Assembly (NCBI GenBank): GCA_002269645.1
Contig: NIVC01000415.1
Coordinates: forward strand, 372,001-436,000
Length of the DNA stretch: 64,000 nucleotides
Origin: Macrostomum lignano
Lineage: Eukaryota
Reading direction: 5' to 3'
Below the pieces are notes generated by a model. It was not told where the DNA came from and ran no database searches. It was given only the letters and a program-made list of their open reading frames with translations. Positions 24,581 through 39,279 of this stretch are shown here, one piece after another (within the stretch, counting starts at the first letter, position 1; each line of letters starts with the position of its first letter). Made by a program: the position numbers and the translations under genes.

Positions 24581-25284
24581 CGCACTGTATCTGGCCTTAT
24601 CTTATTGCTACATGGGCAATCCCTGAAAGAATGTTGAAGAGAGCTGAAAATTGGTTGATTTACTAAGCCAAAATAAGTTTTAAAAAAACCAAAAAAACGA
24701 AAAAAAAGAAATCAAACCTTTGCGGAAGTACGATGCAACGAGAGCAGTTGAAGAGAGCAAGAAAACTTCATACTAACAATAATATACGAGACCCGCATTT
24801 GCCATGCAACGCACAATTTTGGTAAGCCATAAACACAGCGGATCATTTCCGAAGGTTTGCCTGGTTTTTTTACAGACCAGTGGAGCGGCTCTTGTTTTAT
24901 CCCTCAAATATTTCCCCAGTAACTAATGTGCCAACTAAAGGGCAAACTTTGCGAATAGCGGCACTTCGACCGAAACTTCGAGCAAAGTTCAGCATTTCTA
25001 AGCCTTACAGTCTTTCCATCCATCTATCTTTCCCTTCATCCTTAATAACCTTTCTTCCCAATCTCTATCCATTCGCTTATCCCCCTCTTCCACTCCCCTT
25101 TTAATCGGAATCCAAGCAAATATGTTCCCATTCTGCATCAGATGATTCAGTCTTCTGCAGCCAGCAGTGTTCAATGCCATCTGTTTGTGGAACGATTCTG
25201 TCTTTTCAATAAAAATTATAGAATAGAATTTCCTAGTCACAGATTTGATAGGAAAATGAAAGATTAGATTAGAATGACTGAGAA

Positions 25285-25968
25285 AATAACAATAATAATT
25301 GATTACACCTGCCACTATTTAGGAAGATGTGCAACCGACAGCTCAACCGCCATTGCGCGGCGCATCTGAAGGCTGCGTACGGCTGTTCAGTCCAAGGACT
25401 GGGGGGGTCGCCACACATACACCCTCAATTACCCCAGCGGGTGGGTTTCACAAACGCAAAATTTCACAAGCGCTAAAAGCACTTGCTTTCATAAACGCGA
25501 AACTTCACAAACGCGAAACTTCACAACCGCGAAACTTCACAACCGCGAAACTTCATAACCGCGAAACTTCACAACCGCGAAACTTCATAACCATGAAACT
25601 TCACATCCGCTAAAATTTTTGCACTTACTTTCATATACAATAGTCTTTTTAGCAGTTGTGAAGTTTCGCGGTTATGAAGTCTACGCGGTTGTGAAAGTAG
25701 ATGACATTTAGCGGTTGTGAAGTTTCGCGTTTGTGAAGTTTCGCGGTTATGAAAGTAGGTGATTTAGCGGTTGTGAAATTTCGCGTTTGTGAAAGCAACC
25801 CCCCCCCCCCCAGCTAATGCTGGCACCCATTTTACAGCTGGGTGAACTGAAGCAATGCAGAGTTAATTGCCTTGCTCAATTATACCAATTGTTCCAGTAG
25901 GATCGGGTATCGAACCCCCCACCTTCAAGTCATGAGTCCGACTCTCTAACCACTAGGCTAAAACCTCC
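25285..25968 (-). mobile_element. tRNA-derived SINE copy 2, interrupted by a MITE
   Basis: The reverse complement shows A box TAGCCTAGTGG, B box GGTTCGATAC, the same body, and tail GGCAGGTGTAATCAATTATTATT. Confidence 0.87.
25439..25801. mobile_element. ~363-bp foldback-type MITE inserted in SINE copy 2
   Basis: ~38-bp imperfect TIRs (GGGTGGGTTTCACAAACGCAAAATTTCACAA / TTGTGAAATTTCGCGTTTGTGAAAGCAACCC), mirrored AACCGCGAAACTTCAC subrepeats, CCCCAGC duplicated at the flanks. Confidence 0.8.
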
Positions 25969-26059
25969 TATGGAGATTATACGCTCGTAGATTAGATAAG
26001 CAAGGAAGTAGATAGGGATAACTGAAGTAAGATTAGATAAAAGGCTGAGCTGAATTAAG

Positions 26060-27197
26060 ATTGGATTAGCATTACTAAGATTAGATGAGACTAGATTAAC
26101 ATGACTAAGATTAGATGATATGATATTGGATTAGCATGACTAAGATCAGATGAGATTAGATTAGCATGGCTAAGATCAGATGAGATTAGATTAACATGAC
26201 TAAGATTAGATGATATGATATTAGATTAGCATGGCTAAGATCAGATGAGATTAGATTAGCATGGCTTAGATCAGATGAGACTAGATTAGCATGGCTAAGA
26301 TCAGATGAGACTAGATTAACATGACTAAGATTAGATGAGATTAGATTAGCATGACTAAGATCAGATGAGATTAGATTAGCATGACTAAGATCAGATGAGA
26401 TTAGATTAGCATGGCTAAGATCAGATGAGACTAGATTAACATGACTAAGATTAGATGAGATTAGATTAGCATGACTAAGATCAGATAAGATTAGATTAGC
26501 ATGACTAAGGTTAGATGAGATTAGATTAGCATGACTAAGATTAGATGAGATTGGATTAGCATGACTAAGATCAGATGAGATTAGATTAGCATGACTAAGA
26601 TCAGATGAGATTAGATTAGCTTGACTAAGATTAGATGAGATTAGATAGCATACGATCAGATGAGATTAGATTAGCATGGCTAAGATCAGATGAGACTAGA
26701 TTAACATGACTAAGATCAGATGAGATTAGATTAACATGACTAAGATTAGATGATATGAGATTAGATTAGCATGGCTAAGATCAGATGAGACTAGATTAGC
26801 ATGACTAAGATCAGATGAGATTAGATTAGCATGACTAAGATTAGATGATATGATATTAGATTAGCTTGACTAAGATCAGATGAGATTAGATTAGCATGAC
26901 TAAGATTAGATGATATGATATTAGATTAGCTTGACTAAGATCAGATGAGATTAGATTAGCATGACTAAGATTAGATGATATGAGATTAGATTAGCATGAC
27001 TAAGATCAGATGAGATTAGATTAGCATGACTAAGATTAGATGATATGATATTAGATTAGCAGGACTAAGATTAGATGAGATTAGATTAGCATGATTAAGA
27101 TCAGATGAGATTAGATTAGCATGACTAAGAATAGATGATATGATATTAGATTAGCATGACTAAGATCAGATGAGATTAGATTAGCATGACTAAGACT
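26060..27197. repeat. ~30-bp minisatellite (GATTAGATTAGCATGACTAAGATCAGATGA)
   Basis: Tandem units with 5-bp subperiodicity. Confidence 0.93.
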
Positions 27198-27779
27198 TAC
27201 GGAATTACGGAATTGAGATGAGAGTAGATACAGACACATGGGACGGAAAATATCTAATCGAATGATCAGAGATAAATGAACAGATAAATGTTGCTAGCAG
27301 CGGCTGAAGTTTAGTCAGGAAAAAATTCAATAAAGGACCCAGTTGCCGCATTCTTGACTCAAGTTAGTAAACGAACGTCTACCATTCCTACCATTGTGTG
27401 ACTTTGCATGAAATATATTTTCAATAAACTGCAGAGCGCATGAGCTTAAAAGCTTAATTGAATGCGCCCCCTATGTCCAGAGTAGCTCTGTGAATTACTG
27501 CAGTCACTTCCAGAAGAAGAATGCACTTTCTGCAAGAGGAGAAAGAAGACTGCAGTGAATTATTTGAATAAGGAATACGAATGCTGTGGCGTGAATTGAT
27601 CCACATTTCCCTCCGGAATACAATAAGCTTTGCTTCACAGCTGGTGGGGACGCGACCTGACTGGAGAGACTGTGTGTAGCGTCACTTTAAGTCTGGCTAG
27701 CTGGTCACAGCTCTGCTAATCTACATGTAGCTTATGACAATTTGTTTTAGTGCTGCATAAGTAGAGCATGAGAGAAGGG

Positions 27780-28620
27780 TGAGGGGGTTGGGTTCAGATA
27801 GAAAGGGGAGGGTGAGATAGAGAGTGGAGAAGGAGAAGGAGGGTGAGATAGAGAGTGGGAAGGAGAGGGAGGGTGAGATAGAGAGTGGAGAAGGAGAGGG
27901 AGGGTGAGATAGAGAGTGGAGAAGGAGAGGGAGGGTAGGATAGAGTGGAGAAGGGAGGGTAGGATAGAGTGGAGAAGGAGAGGGAGGGTAGGATAGAGTG
28001 GAGAAGGAGAGGGAGGGTAGGATAGAGTGGAGAAGGAAGGGTAGGATAGAGTGGAGAAGGAGAAGGAGGGTGAGATAGAGAGTGGGAAGGAGAGGGAGGG
28101 TGAGATAGAGAGTGGGAAGGAGAGGGATGGTGAGATAGAGAGTGGGAAGGAGAAAGAGGGTGAGATAGAGAGTGGGAAGGAGAAGGAGGGTGAGATAGAA
28201 AGTGGGAAGGAGAAGGAGGGTGAGATAGAGAGTGGGAAGGAGAAGGAGGGTGAGATAGAGAGTGGGAAGGAGAAGGAGGGTGAGATAGAGAGTGGGAAGG
28301 AGAAGGAGGGTGAGATAGAAAGTGGGAAGGAGAAGGAGGGTGAGATAGAAAGTGGGAAGGAGAAGGAGGGTGAGATAGAGAGTGGGAAGGAGAGGGATGG
28401 TGAGATAGAGAGTGGGAAGGAGAGGGAGGGTGAGATAGAGAGTGGAGAAGGAGAGGGGTGGTGAGATAGAGAGTGGGAAGGAGAGGGAGGGTGAGATAGA
28501 GAGTGGGAAGAAGAGGGAGGGTGAGATAGAGAGTGGGAAGGAGAGGAGGGTGAGATAGAGAGTGGGAAGGAGAGGGATGGTGAGATAGAGAGTGGGAAGG
28601 AGAGGGATGGTGAGATAGAT
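27780..28620. repeat. ~30-bp purine-rich minisatellite (GGGTGAGATAGAGAGTGGGAAGGAGAAGGA)
   Basis: Tandem units. Confidence 0.92.
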
Positions 28621-29214
28621 AGAGGAAACTGGTAGTAAGGGAAGAACTAAGAAGAGAAGAGAGAAAGAGAGAAAAATGGGGGAGCGGTAAAGAACCGAAC
28701 AAAATAAAAGTCATGAGTGTGAGAGCGTGAGGGAACGATAAGTGGAACAGGTTTCTGGAGATTTTTCCGTTAAACTTTCTAATCTCTATTATACGAGATT
28801 TGAGATTTGATTATTTGATTCATAAAAGATTTGAGCCATCTAGAACTGTTTATTCAGGCCAAAGTTCCACTCCGGAACTGCTTGATCTGTGTGAGCTCAC
28901 TTTAGGAAGGAGAGGAAAGTAGAGAATAACTTTCAGTATAGAAATAGAAGGTTCCCGATGTGCTTGAATGGGTGGAGAAGTGGGACTGACAACTACTACA
29001 CATTCAAAGGCCGATCGCACGAGATCAACAGACCAAATCCCTTTGGACCAGGGAAATTCCTCACTTCCTTGAGCAGGATTAGGGCCAGTTGATTTGGTCT
29101 GGTAATAAGAAAAAGATTGTCTGGCACTAAAGTACACTCTAAAGTTTGATTCGAAGGATAGGGTGACGATTGGTCGTTGTGTTACATGGAGACATACCCT
29201 CATGTCTAACTAGC

Positions 29215-29750
<536 letters not shown>

Positions 29751-30289
29751 ACCAGCCCAAAGGTTTAGGCAGACAGAAGGGTAGACAGGTAGACACAGGA
29801 CAGACTCACAGTTTTCATAGGATTTTTGCTGCAGTTGCTGAAATATTTGTGATAAATCGATAAAATAGCCCTTATAAAATATGGCTCGGGGCGAGAATTG
29901 CGAGCAATGTCAGAAAGGCGTCTCCAGCTCAGAATATCACTCTGCTAACCTTAGGAGACGCATCGAAACTTCTTTACGCTTTGCAATCGGTTTCTGAAGA
30001 GCTGCTGCAAATGGATTTCGTGAAAACATGTTTTTCTGACTGTCAATTTCATTTTCCCCTTTGGCTGGACTGGAATGCATTCCAAGCCAAGAAGTGCAAG
30101 CATAACATTCGGTTTCGGACCTTCTAAGGGGTTATAAACTGCTCATCAGCAGGCACTCCAGCCCATATTGCAGCAGCGATCATGCGCTTTGAACAGGGGG
30201 GACGTGGTGAATGACTGGAGGTGAGACGAGAGTGGGGAAGACAATTAGAAATGATAGACTTTCTAATAGACTAAGGGGTAAACAAGGGT

Positions 30290-31640
30290 AGACAGAAAGT
30301 AGGACAAAAGTGTAGACTGAGAGGTAGACAGAAAGTAGACACAAAAGTATAGACTGAGAGGTAGACAGAAAGTAGACACAAAAGTATAGACTAAGAGGTA
30401 GACAGAAAGTAGGTGTAGACTGAGAGGTAGACAGAAAGTAGATAAAAGTGTAGACTGAGAGGTAGACAGAAAGTAGGTGTAGACTGAGAGGTAGACAGAA
30501 AGTAGATAAAAGTGTAGACTGAGAGGTAGACAGAAAGTAGACACAAAAGTGTAGACGGAGAGGTAGACAGAAAGTAGGTGTAGACTGAGAGGTAGACAGA
30601 AAGTAGACACAAAAGTGTAGACGGAGAGGTAGACAGAAAGTAGGTGTAGACTGAGAGGTAGACAGAAAGTAGATAAAAGTGTAGCCTGAGAGGTAGACAA
30701 AAAGTAGACACAAAAGTGTAGACGGAGAGGTAGACAGAAAGTAGACACAAAAGTGTAGACGGAGAGGTAGACAGAAAGTAGACACAAAAGTGTAGACTGA
30801 GAGGTAGACAGAAAGTAGACACAAAAGTGTAGACGGAGAGGTAGACAGAAAGTAGGTGTAGACTGAGAGGTAGACAGAAAGTAGATAAAAGTGTAGACTG
30901 AGAGATAAACAGAAAGTAGATAAAAGTGTAGACTGAGAGATAAACAGAAAGTAGATAAAAGTGTAGACTGAGAGATAAACAGAAAGTAGATAAAAGTGTA
31001 GACTGAGAGATAAACAGAAAGTAGATAAAAGTGTAGACTGAGAGGTACACAGAAAGTAGATAAAAGTGTAGACTGAGAGGTACACAGAAAGTAGATAAAA
31101 AGGTAGACTGAGAGGTACACAGAAAGTAGATAAAAGTGTAGACTGAGAGGTAGACAGAAAGTAGATAAAAGTGTAGACTGAGAGGTAGACAGAAAGTAGG
31201 TGTAGACTGAGAGGTAGACAGAAAGTAGACACAAAAGTGTAGACTGAGAGGTAGACAGAAAGTAGGTGTAGACTGAGAGGTAGACAGAAAGTAGATAAAA
31301 GTGTAGCCTGAGAGGTAGACAAAAAGTAGACACAAAAGTGTAGACGGAGAGGTAGACAGAAAGTAGATAAAAGTGTAGACTGAGAGATAAACAGAAAGTA
31401 GATAAAAGTGTAGACTGAGAGATAAACAGAAAGTAGATAAAAGTGTAGACTGAGAGATAAACAGAAAGTAGATAAAAGTGTAGACTGAGAGGTACACAGA
31501 AAGTAGATAAAAGTGTAGACTGAGAGGTACACAGAAAGTAGATAAAAAGGTAGACTGAGAGGTACACAGAAAGTAGATAAAAGTGTAGACTGAGAGGTAG
31601 ACAGAAAGTAAATAAAAGTGTAGACTGTGAGGTAGACAGA
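30290..31640. repeat. ~35-bp minisatellite (GTAGACAGAAAGTAGATAAAAGTGTAGACTGAGAG) with length variants
   Basis: Tandem units; source of the three 430-500 aa repeat ORFs. Confidence 0.94.
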
Positions 31641-31952
31641 GGGTAGACGGTGAGTCATTACAGAGGTAAACCAATGTAAGCGATTATTCTGTAGCGTCAA
31701 GTGAGTCTGGCAAATGTTTTATAGATAGAGTTTAATTGGATCTACAACAGCTGCTGCAAACTACTGGACAGGAAAAGCAAAAGTGGCGAAAATTACCAGG
31801 TGGCACAGTTACTAATTGTCTGCAGTAACGGTAGGCACACCACACGTTTCAAACAAGGAACTAGTATAAACAAATTTAACTTTATTATCGGAACTCTTTG
31901 TTCAACAAACTAGACTGCTATACGTTGGAGGTCTTTGTTCTCGTCTCGTCTC

Positions 31953-32008
<56 letters not shown>
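31953..32008. repeat. (TC)n microsatellite
   Basis: Pure TC run. Confidence 0.95.
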
Positions 32009-32014
<6 letters not shown>

Positions 32015-32759
32015 GTTTATCTTGCAACTAAAATTTACATCCTTGATGCAGTCAAGGACCGCAGATACGGTGGCAACATCAGATAATTATATATAAATGT
32101 ATTTTTAATATTCTTAAATAGGATTATATTGAACTGAATAAAAACGCGGAATCCAGGACTATTAGAAGCGCAATTAGTTAATTAGGCTATTAGGCTATTA
32201 GGCTATTAGGCCCAGCAAGGAGAATATTAGCGATGAAAACTGACTAACCCAAATCTAAGCTCTCATCTAAACCCCTAAACCTAACCTGAATCGTTGGAAT
32301 TCAAATCGCTGGCAGCCGCTATCAGATAGCGAAAACGATATTGTCACTTGTTAGAAAAAAATAAAATAAACAATTGTTTCATTGACTAAAGATTGGATGT
32401 AGTTTTTGACAGGTAATTATCATTAGGTGGCTCATTTAATTAGTTTACACCAAGGCCTTCACACCTGTGAAGTTAAGCGACCCTTTAAAGCAGGAAAACA
32501 GGCGATCTCGTAGTATAACAAAATATAAACACATTTTGATTAGCATTATTTTAGTGCCTGGACTTCGCTTACCGCTTTCGGTTTTACATTATTTTTCGGT
32601 TTAAATACGAGCTACGAGCGTATTTTATATCAAGTTTTACACTGCCTACTATCGCACAGTAGCGTAGAACGATTATCATATTTATATCCGTTTTAAAGGA
32701 AAAAGAAATATCCTAAAACAAACCTACGTAGTTAGGAAAGTTTAATACGAAAAATCAGC

Positions 32760-33992
32760 GCGACACAAAATCATTGTCAGTAGGGCTACAAAATCACCGT
32801 CTGTAGCGACACAAAATCATTGTCAGTAGGGCTACAAAATCACCGTCTGTAGCGACACAAAATCATTGTCAGTAGTGACACAAAATCATTGTCAGTAGCG
32901 ACACTAAATCATTGTCAGTAGCGACACTAAATCATTGTCAGTAGTGACACTAAATCATTGTCAGTAGTGACACAAAATCATTGTCAGTAGCGACACAAAA
33001 TCATTGTCAGTAGCGACACAAAATCACTGTCAGTAGTGGCACAAAATCATTGTCAGTAGCGACACAAAATCATTGTCAGTAGCGACACAAAATCATTGTC
33101 AGTAGCGACACAAAATCATTGTCAGTAGTGGCACAAAATTATTGTCAGTAGCGACACAAAATCATTGTCAGTAGCGACACAAATACAAAATCATTGTCAG
33201 TAGTGGCACAAAATCATTGTCAGTAGCGACACAAAATCATTGTCAGTAGCGACACAAAATCATTGCCTGTAGCGACACAAATACAAAATCATTGTCAGTA
33301 GTGGCACAAAATCATTGTCAGTAGCGACACAAAATCATTGTCTGTAGCGACACAAAATCATTGTCTGTAGCGACACAAAATCATTGTCAGTAGCGACACA
33401 AAATCATTGTCAGTAGCGACACAAAATCATTGTCAGTAGCGACACAAAATCATTGTCAGTAGCGACACAAAATCATTGTCAGTAGTGGCACAAAATCATT
33501 GTCAGTAGCGACACAAAATCATTGTCAGTAGCGACACAAAATCATTGTCAGTAGCGACACAAAATCATTGTCAGTAGCGACACAAAATCATTGTCAGTAG
33601 CGACACAAAATCATTGTCAGTAGCGACACAAAATCATTGTCAGTAGCGACACAAAATCATTGTCAGTAGCGACACAAAATCATTGTCAGTAGCGACACAA
33701 AATCATTGTCAGTAGCGACACAAAATCATTGTCAGTAGCGAAACAAAAACATTGTCAGTAGTGACACAAAAACATTGTCAGTATTGGCACAAAATCATTG
33801 TCAGTAGCGACACAAAATCATTGTCAGTAGCGACACAAAATCATTGTCAGTAGCGACACAAAAACATTGTCAGTAGTGACACAAAAACATTGTCAGTAGT
33901 GACACAAAATCATTGTCAGTAGCGACACAAAATCATTGTCAGTAGCGGCACAAAATCATTGTCAGTAGCGGCACAAAATCATTGTCAGTAGC
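32760..33992. repeat. 23-bp minisatellite (GCGACACAAAATCATTGTCAGTA)
   Basis: ~50 tandem units with no unique spacers. Confidence 0.96.
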
Positions 33993-34850
33993 GCTAAAAA
34001 ATAGCGGTTTACTATAAATAGTTTCTATACTGACTTTGCTGGGTCCGGGATGCAAATAAAAGTACATATAGACCCAGGATACGACCAAAGCGCGAAGGAA
34101 AGATTTGGAATGCGAAAAGTTTTTACCATCGGGTGCACGTGATGCTGCGCTTGTTTTGTGCTGGATGGAATATTTATCACATGATATAGCTGGCTGGTAA
34201 ATGCAACGGCTTCTGGCACCTGAGGGGGCCAGGAACAGCTATTATAAGTCAACAGCTCAGCTAATCTGTTTGAGCCAATGTCTCAACCGATATTATATAT
34301 TACAAACCGATAATAAAGCTCCGGACCAAAAACTGGAATCGAGTCACTTGTTGGTGTTGTCGTTGTAACAATCACTAGGAATAGCAGCTATAGTAGAAGA
34401 ATCTTATAATACCCTTCAAGCCTATGAATAAATAATAGACTACTTTTTAGAAAATAGAATATCGGTAGCTATCGAACTACCTCGACTCAGACATTGCATG
34501 GCAACCATGCAGCGTTCTTTGCAGTTAGACTTAGCAGGACGGCAAAAGTGCGCTAGGAAACGCAACCGGATGGAAGTCAGCTGATCCAGTTCGTTGTGTC
34601 AGCTGATGCTGGCCAACCCATCTCCCCGCCTCCCTTCTTACCCTTCCCCGGTTTTCCAATTGTAGTTCGCTTCTTCCCGCGTGACCTGCGCGAACACTCG
34701 ACGGGCAAGAACTGAGGGGGGAGAGAGAGTGGAGGAGAAATCAAGTAGAAATATCCCGAAACCGACGGCGCCAATGCAGGCCAGGACCGCGACAGAATTT
34801 CGTTGCACCGCGAGAAAAAAGATTAGCCAGCTCGCTACGAGTAGAAGAAG

Positions 34851-35995
34851 ATGGAAACGGCCGACTTCACGAAGCTGTTTGCCTACGCGGTGCGCAGCGA
34901 CAAGCCAGCGGCTGACCTTCAGCTGCTCCTGGCTAGCGGCCGCGTCTGCCTGAGCCAGATCCGCGTCAAAGGCATGTCGCTGGTGCACTACGCGGCTCAC
35001 TACAACAAGCTGCAGCTGCTGCAGCTGCTGATTAAGCACGGCTGCAATCTGAACTGCGCCGACGAGGAGGGACTGTCGCCGATTCACATCGCCGCTCGCC
35101 GGGGCAGCACGGGCGCCCTGGTGGCACTGGCCGAGGCCGGCGCTCGCCTGCACTGGCAGCGCCCGAACTGCTACGATCGTCGCGACGCGGACTTCGCCGA
35201 CATCCCGGCCGAGGACACGGTCGAGGACCCGCTGTCCTACGCTGTAGAGAACGGGCACCTGCTGTGCGTGGAGGCCCTGCTGCGGCTTGGCGCCAATCCG
35301 AACTGTCGCTACTTCATGGGCGACCTGGTCTCGGTAATGAGCCTGGAGAATCTGCTCTGCCTCGAGCTGCTGCTCAGAGCCGGAGCCAATCCGGACACGT
35401 TCAACCGTTGGGGCCTCAGCCCGCTGATGCGCGCCTGTAAGGAGAGCCGCCTGGAAGCCGCCATGGTGCTGCTGTGCCACAAGGCCAACGTCGACCTACG
35501 TTCGTCATTCGCTTTCGGCGGCAAGTCGGCCATGTTCTACGCAATGAAGAACCGGCGCACCGACCTTATGCAGCTGCTGCTGAACAGCGGCGCCGATCCC
35601 GACCAGTTTGTGCAGAACGACACGACAGCGCTGGAGCTGGCCATCAAGCTGAACAGTCCGCCTATGCTGTGCTGCCTGTTGCGCAATCGAGCCGACCCGA
35701 ATCGGCCAAACCAGTCGGGCAGATACGAAATCTACCCGCTGCAGTTTCTGTGCTCCGTAGTTCGACTCGAGAGTCGCAACGTGCTGCTCAAACTGCTATT
35801 AGACGCCGGGGCGCGGCCGAATCAGCATAGCAACGTCAAGGACAAGATCTGTCTGGATGCACCCTGCCTGCCGCCGCTGGTTGAATACCTCGGCTGCAAC
35901 GAGGAGCTCGACGCCTTTACTGTGTACCTGCTGGTACAATTTGGAGCCAAGATTAATCTCTGTCAGGGAGCTTGCGGGTACACTCTGTTGGACAG
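34851..35995 (+). CDS. Ankyrin repeat and SOCS box protein (ASB family), exon 1
   Basis: Multiple ankyrin repeats (GMSLVHYAA, GLSPIHIAA, GLSPLMRAC, GKSAMFYAM, TTALELAI); donor AG|GTGAGA. Confidence 0.93.
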
Positions 35996-36099
35996 GTGAG
36001 AGAATGTCAGTTGCTCACTTTTTATTGTACCTTGATGATTGACTTCAGTTCATGCTCTTAGGTAATGAAGGGCGTGGATACAGGGCCTGCAGCATGATA

Positions 36100-36320
36100 G
36101 GATGCATGAGGATGAGCATGAGTCTATGGTCTTAATAAGGATGCAGGTGAGTGTATGCAGGCTGAATGAGGATGCATGTGAGTCTATGGTCTGAATGAGG
36201 ATGCAGGCGAGTCTATGGTGGTCTTAATGAGGATGCAGGCGAGTCTATGGTGGTCTTAATGAGGATGCAGGTGAGTCTATGGTCTGAATGAGGATGCAGG
36301 TGAGTCTATGATGGTCTCTG
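36100..36320. repeat. ~28-bp degenerate intronic repeat (GAGTCTATGGTCTGAATGAGGATGCAGG[T/C])
   Basis: ~7 units inside the ASB intron. Confidence 0.8.
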
Positions 36321-36470
36321 TACATTTACAATACATCAGTTTATAATACATCATGAGGATGTACAGGTAGAAGTGCCAGGATGATGCAAAAGTGCAAAAT
36401 TACAACTTCTCTTTGCATTTGCTTTCAATAAGCTACATGTACATTTACGAATTAAATGCCCCCCTCTCAG

Positions 36471-36765
36471 ATACGGTGTCCAAGGCCACCTGTCCCGCGT
36501 GTTGAACAATCCGGAGAATGCTCAACTAGCCGAGCTGCTATTATCCGCCGCCGTCAAGGTTGACCGAGCTGCCATCGCTAAAATGTCCCGGATCGGGCCG
36601 GAGCAGAAGGCCCTGGTGTTCAGCCTGACCAGCACGTCCTTGATGCGCCTGTGCCGGGTGCTGATTCGCGACCGGCTTCCAGCTCCACTGCCCAAGTCGG
36701 TGGGCGAGCTGCCGCTGCCGACTGTGCTCAAGAACTACCTGCTGTTTGACACTCCGCTGTGCTAA
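36471..36765 (+). CDS. ASB protein, exon 2 (SOCS box); total 479 aa
   Basis: CCCCTCTCAG| in phase; SLMRLCRVLIR (BC box) ... LPLPTVLKNYL (Cul5 box), then TAA. Confidence 0.92.
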
Positions 36766-39279
36766 GCTCGAGGTAAAGTATAATTTGTGCCGATAAGTAT
36801 CGAAAATATCTTTGACAGTGATTATTGGCAAAGAGGCAACAATGCTTACCCGCAGAAATTGTTTGAATTTTGGTAGCATTTTAGTACTGCGAATTGAATA
36901 TTTTTGCAGACTGTAGTAAAATACGAGCGTACTCTATAGCTAGATTCCTGTAAGTAGTACAGTTGAAAACAAGAAAAATCAAAACTACATATAATTAAAA
37001 ACCTTTGATCTTTTATAGCCTATTGAGATTTAAATTTTACCTTCAATCAGGTGCAGTAGCGAGATTTAGCCAGTTTCCAGTCTTGAAAGTATTCAAAGAG
37101 AATAATTTCCGGTACTGTTATGAAAATTTCTGGAGAAAAAGCCTTTTTTGCTTTAGTGAACCGTAAAAGTCACCGTTTCTGAAAGGAACAGAACTCTAAA
37201 AATAAGCAAGGCCGGGCGTTTTATCTAAAATTATTTTTAAATCCTTTTTGCTTTGTTTTCAGACCTTTGCACGCCAAAGACGAATGGGATAAAAACTTCG
37301 TTTCTTAGAAAATTTGAATATTCATTCAAATTTCATTTCGCTCGAAAAATTCACTGCGGAGATTCATGAGCGTATAGCGATGTATAAATAGTTTGAATGA
37401 TTGTCTCCTCCTATTGCTACACTGTATTTTTAGTAAAAGTTTATTTGAATTCTTCAGATATATAAACTTTTATGTATATTTTATATTTTTATATTCTTTC
37501 AAATGTATATTTTTTACTTTACATTTTTTCTAAACTTCCATCAACCAATGTTACAACCACAATATATACGAATTAAATCTCTTTTTTGTGCAGAAAAGAT
37601 AAATGAAACTTCGATCGTCTCTCCACAGTATTTTTGAGCAAAGCTACATGCATTCGTGCAGTTAATTAAAATTTTCTAAGAAACTATAACAACCATCTCG
37701 CGTGCAAGTAAATAGTCATCTGAGTTACAGTAATTCTATCGATACGTCGAGGATCAATGTTTAGAAACTTAAATTCAAGTGCAAAAAAGTAAAAAGCGAA
37801 TGAAAGTTTTTGCGACCAAGTAATCGACCATTATTCTGGCATAAGAAGTGTACAAAAGTTACTGTTGCCCAATGTAAATAAATTAGCACAATATGAGTGC
37901 TTGTAAATTGACATTAATATTCATATTACATTCATTACGTTTGTTTAATCACACTGTCTTTCCATTTCTCTATAATTGGCTCCACGTTTCCGCGTTGCAT
38001 TATAGTTTTTACTTTTCATCCATATAGCATTCGATCATTGTGAGCATTTACCCGTCATTTTGTACTCACTTGAATTCTTATACTCCGCTGGAAAACGGGC
38101 TCACGGAGCACCACCAAATATTCAAGACACATGCAGTTTTGCAAATTGCTGTAAATCTTATCCAAGAAATATGGCTCGTGCGCTTGATGAACATGCAGTT
38201 TTTTTAAATCGCTTTTAAAACGCCGTTTCAATTTCTTTTGCGTTGTAATTTTTTGTTTTGTTTCTACAAAACATTTTGTTAATGTTCTCTCTTGCGTGTT
38301 TTACTGTTTTTTTAATCGAATATTGTTTCCTAAATGAATTAAATGGTTATCTGCTCACAGGAGAAGTGTAAATACGATTGTAGATTTTCCAATTATGATT
38401 TCTTTATTTTTTATAAAAGTTCAAGGAGTTCAATTCTGAGTTTTCTAGCTTCCTTTTTGTTTTACTCGCATGCTTTTCTCCTCCAAATTTTCATTATCAC
38501 CCCAGTCAATCGGTTCTTTTGCATATTCATCGCATATTCATATTCAGTGGTTCTCTCGGTGAATTGATATTTTATACGTGTGTAGTGCGGTTTGCCGTGT
38601 ATACTACTCAATATGACTACTTATGTTTATTACAGCGTCTTTGCTTCAGTAGAAAGGCTTTATACAACGCTAACAGATTACTGCGTAGTGCGTCAAAATG
38701 TACAGCTTAAATATTTTCTTTTATGCATCCTTCTACTTGTATACTACTTGTAAATGTATTTGTGAAAGTTGAGAGACAATCGATTAATTACTTTATATTT
38801 CAACAGAATTTTTTTAGCTTAACCTTACTCGATTTTAAAAAAGTAAACAAATAAAACAAATATATATTTTGATAAATCACTTTCACGCACAAAAACAAAA
38901 ACTTTTTATATTGAGAGAAAACTTGATGTGTTTTTAACTTGTTACAATGTTTTGATATTTATTAAAGTGGGTATTTAAGGAAGTGGAGGTTTTACGAGCT
39001 AAAATTGAAGGTTCACCGGGAAACTAAATTGCATGAGAACTCGAAAAATGTTTAAGCAGACTTTTCCAATTACAAAAGCACAAATCGTGTGGTTTTTTTT
39101 ACTTATTTCACTGTGGTTACAAAAAAATATTTATGTCAAAAAAGCGAATGAAACGAAGCAACAGTAGGTACATGTACACGTATTTTCTGCTCTAAGACTT
39201 GAAGCGTGTGGTGTTGTAAAAACAGAAAACAGACACTGCAGTGTCTGTGACAATATGTCTTTAAGAGACTGAGTCGACC

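Noticed and set aside
28850-29203. 117-aa unique ORF on the minus strand
   Set aside because: Non-ATG start, no recognisable motif, and no consistent splice partners
32760-33992. 23-28-bp repeated units (also family X and 44930-45895) as CRISPR arrays
   Set aside because: Units are head-to-tail with no unique spacers, there are no cas genes, and the context is eukaryotic
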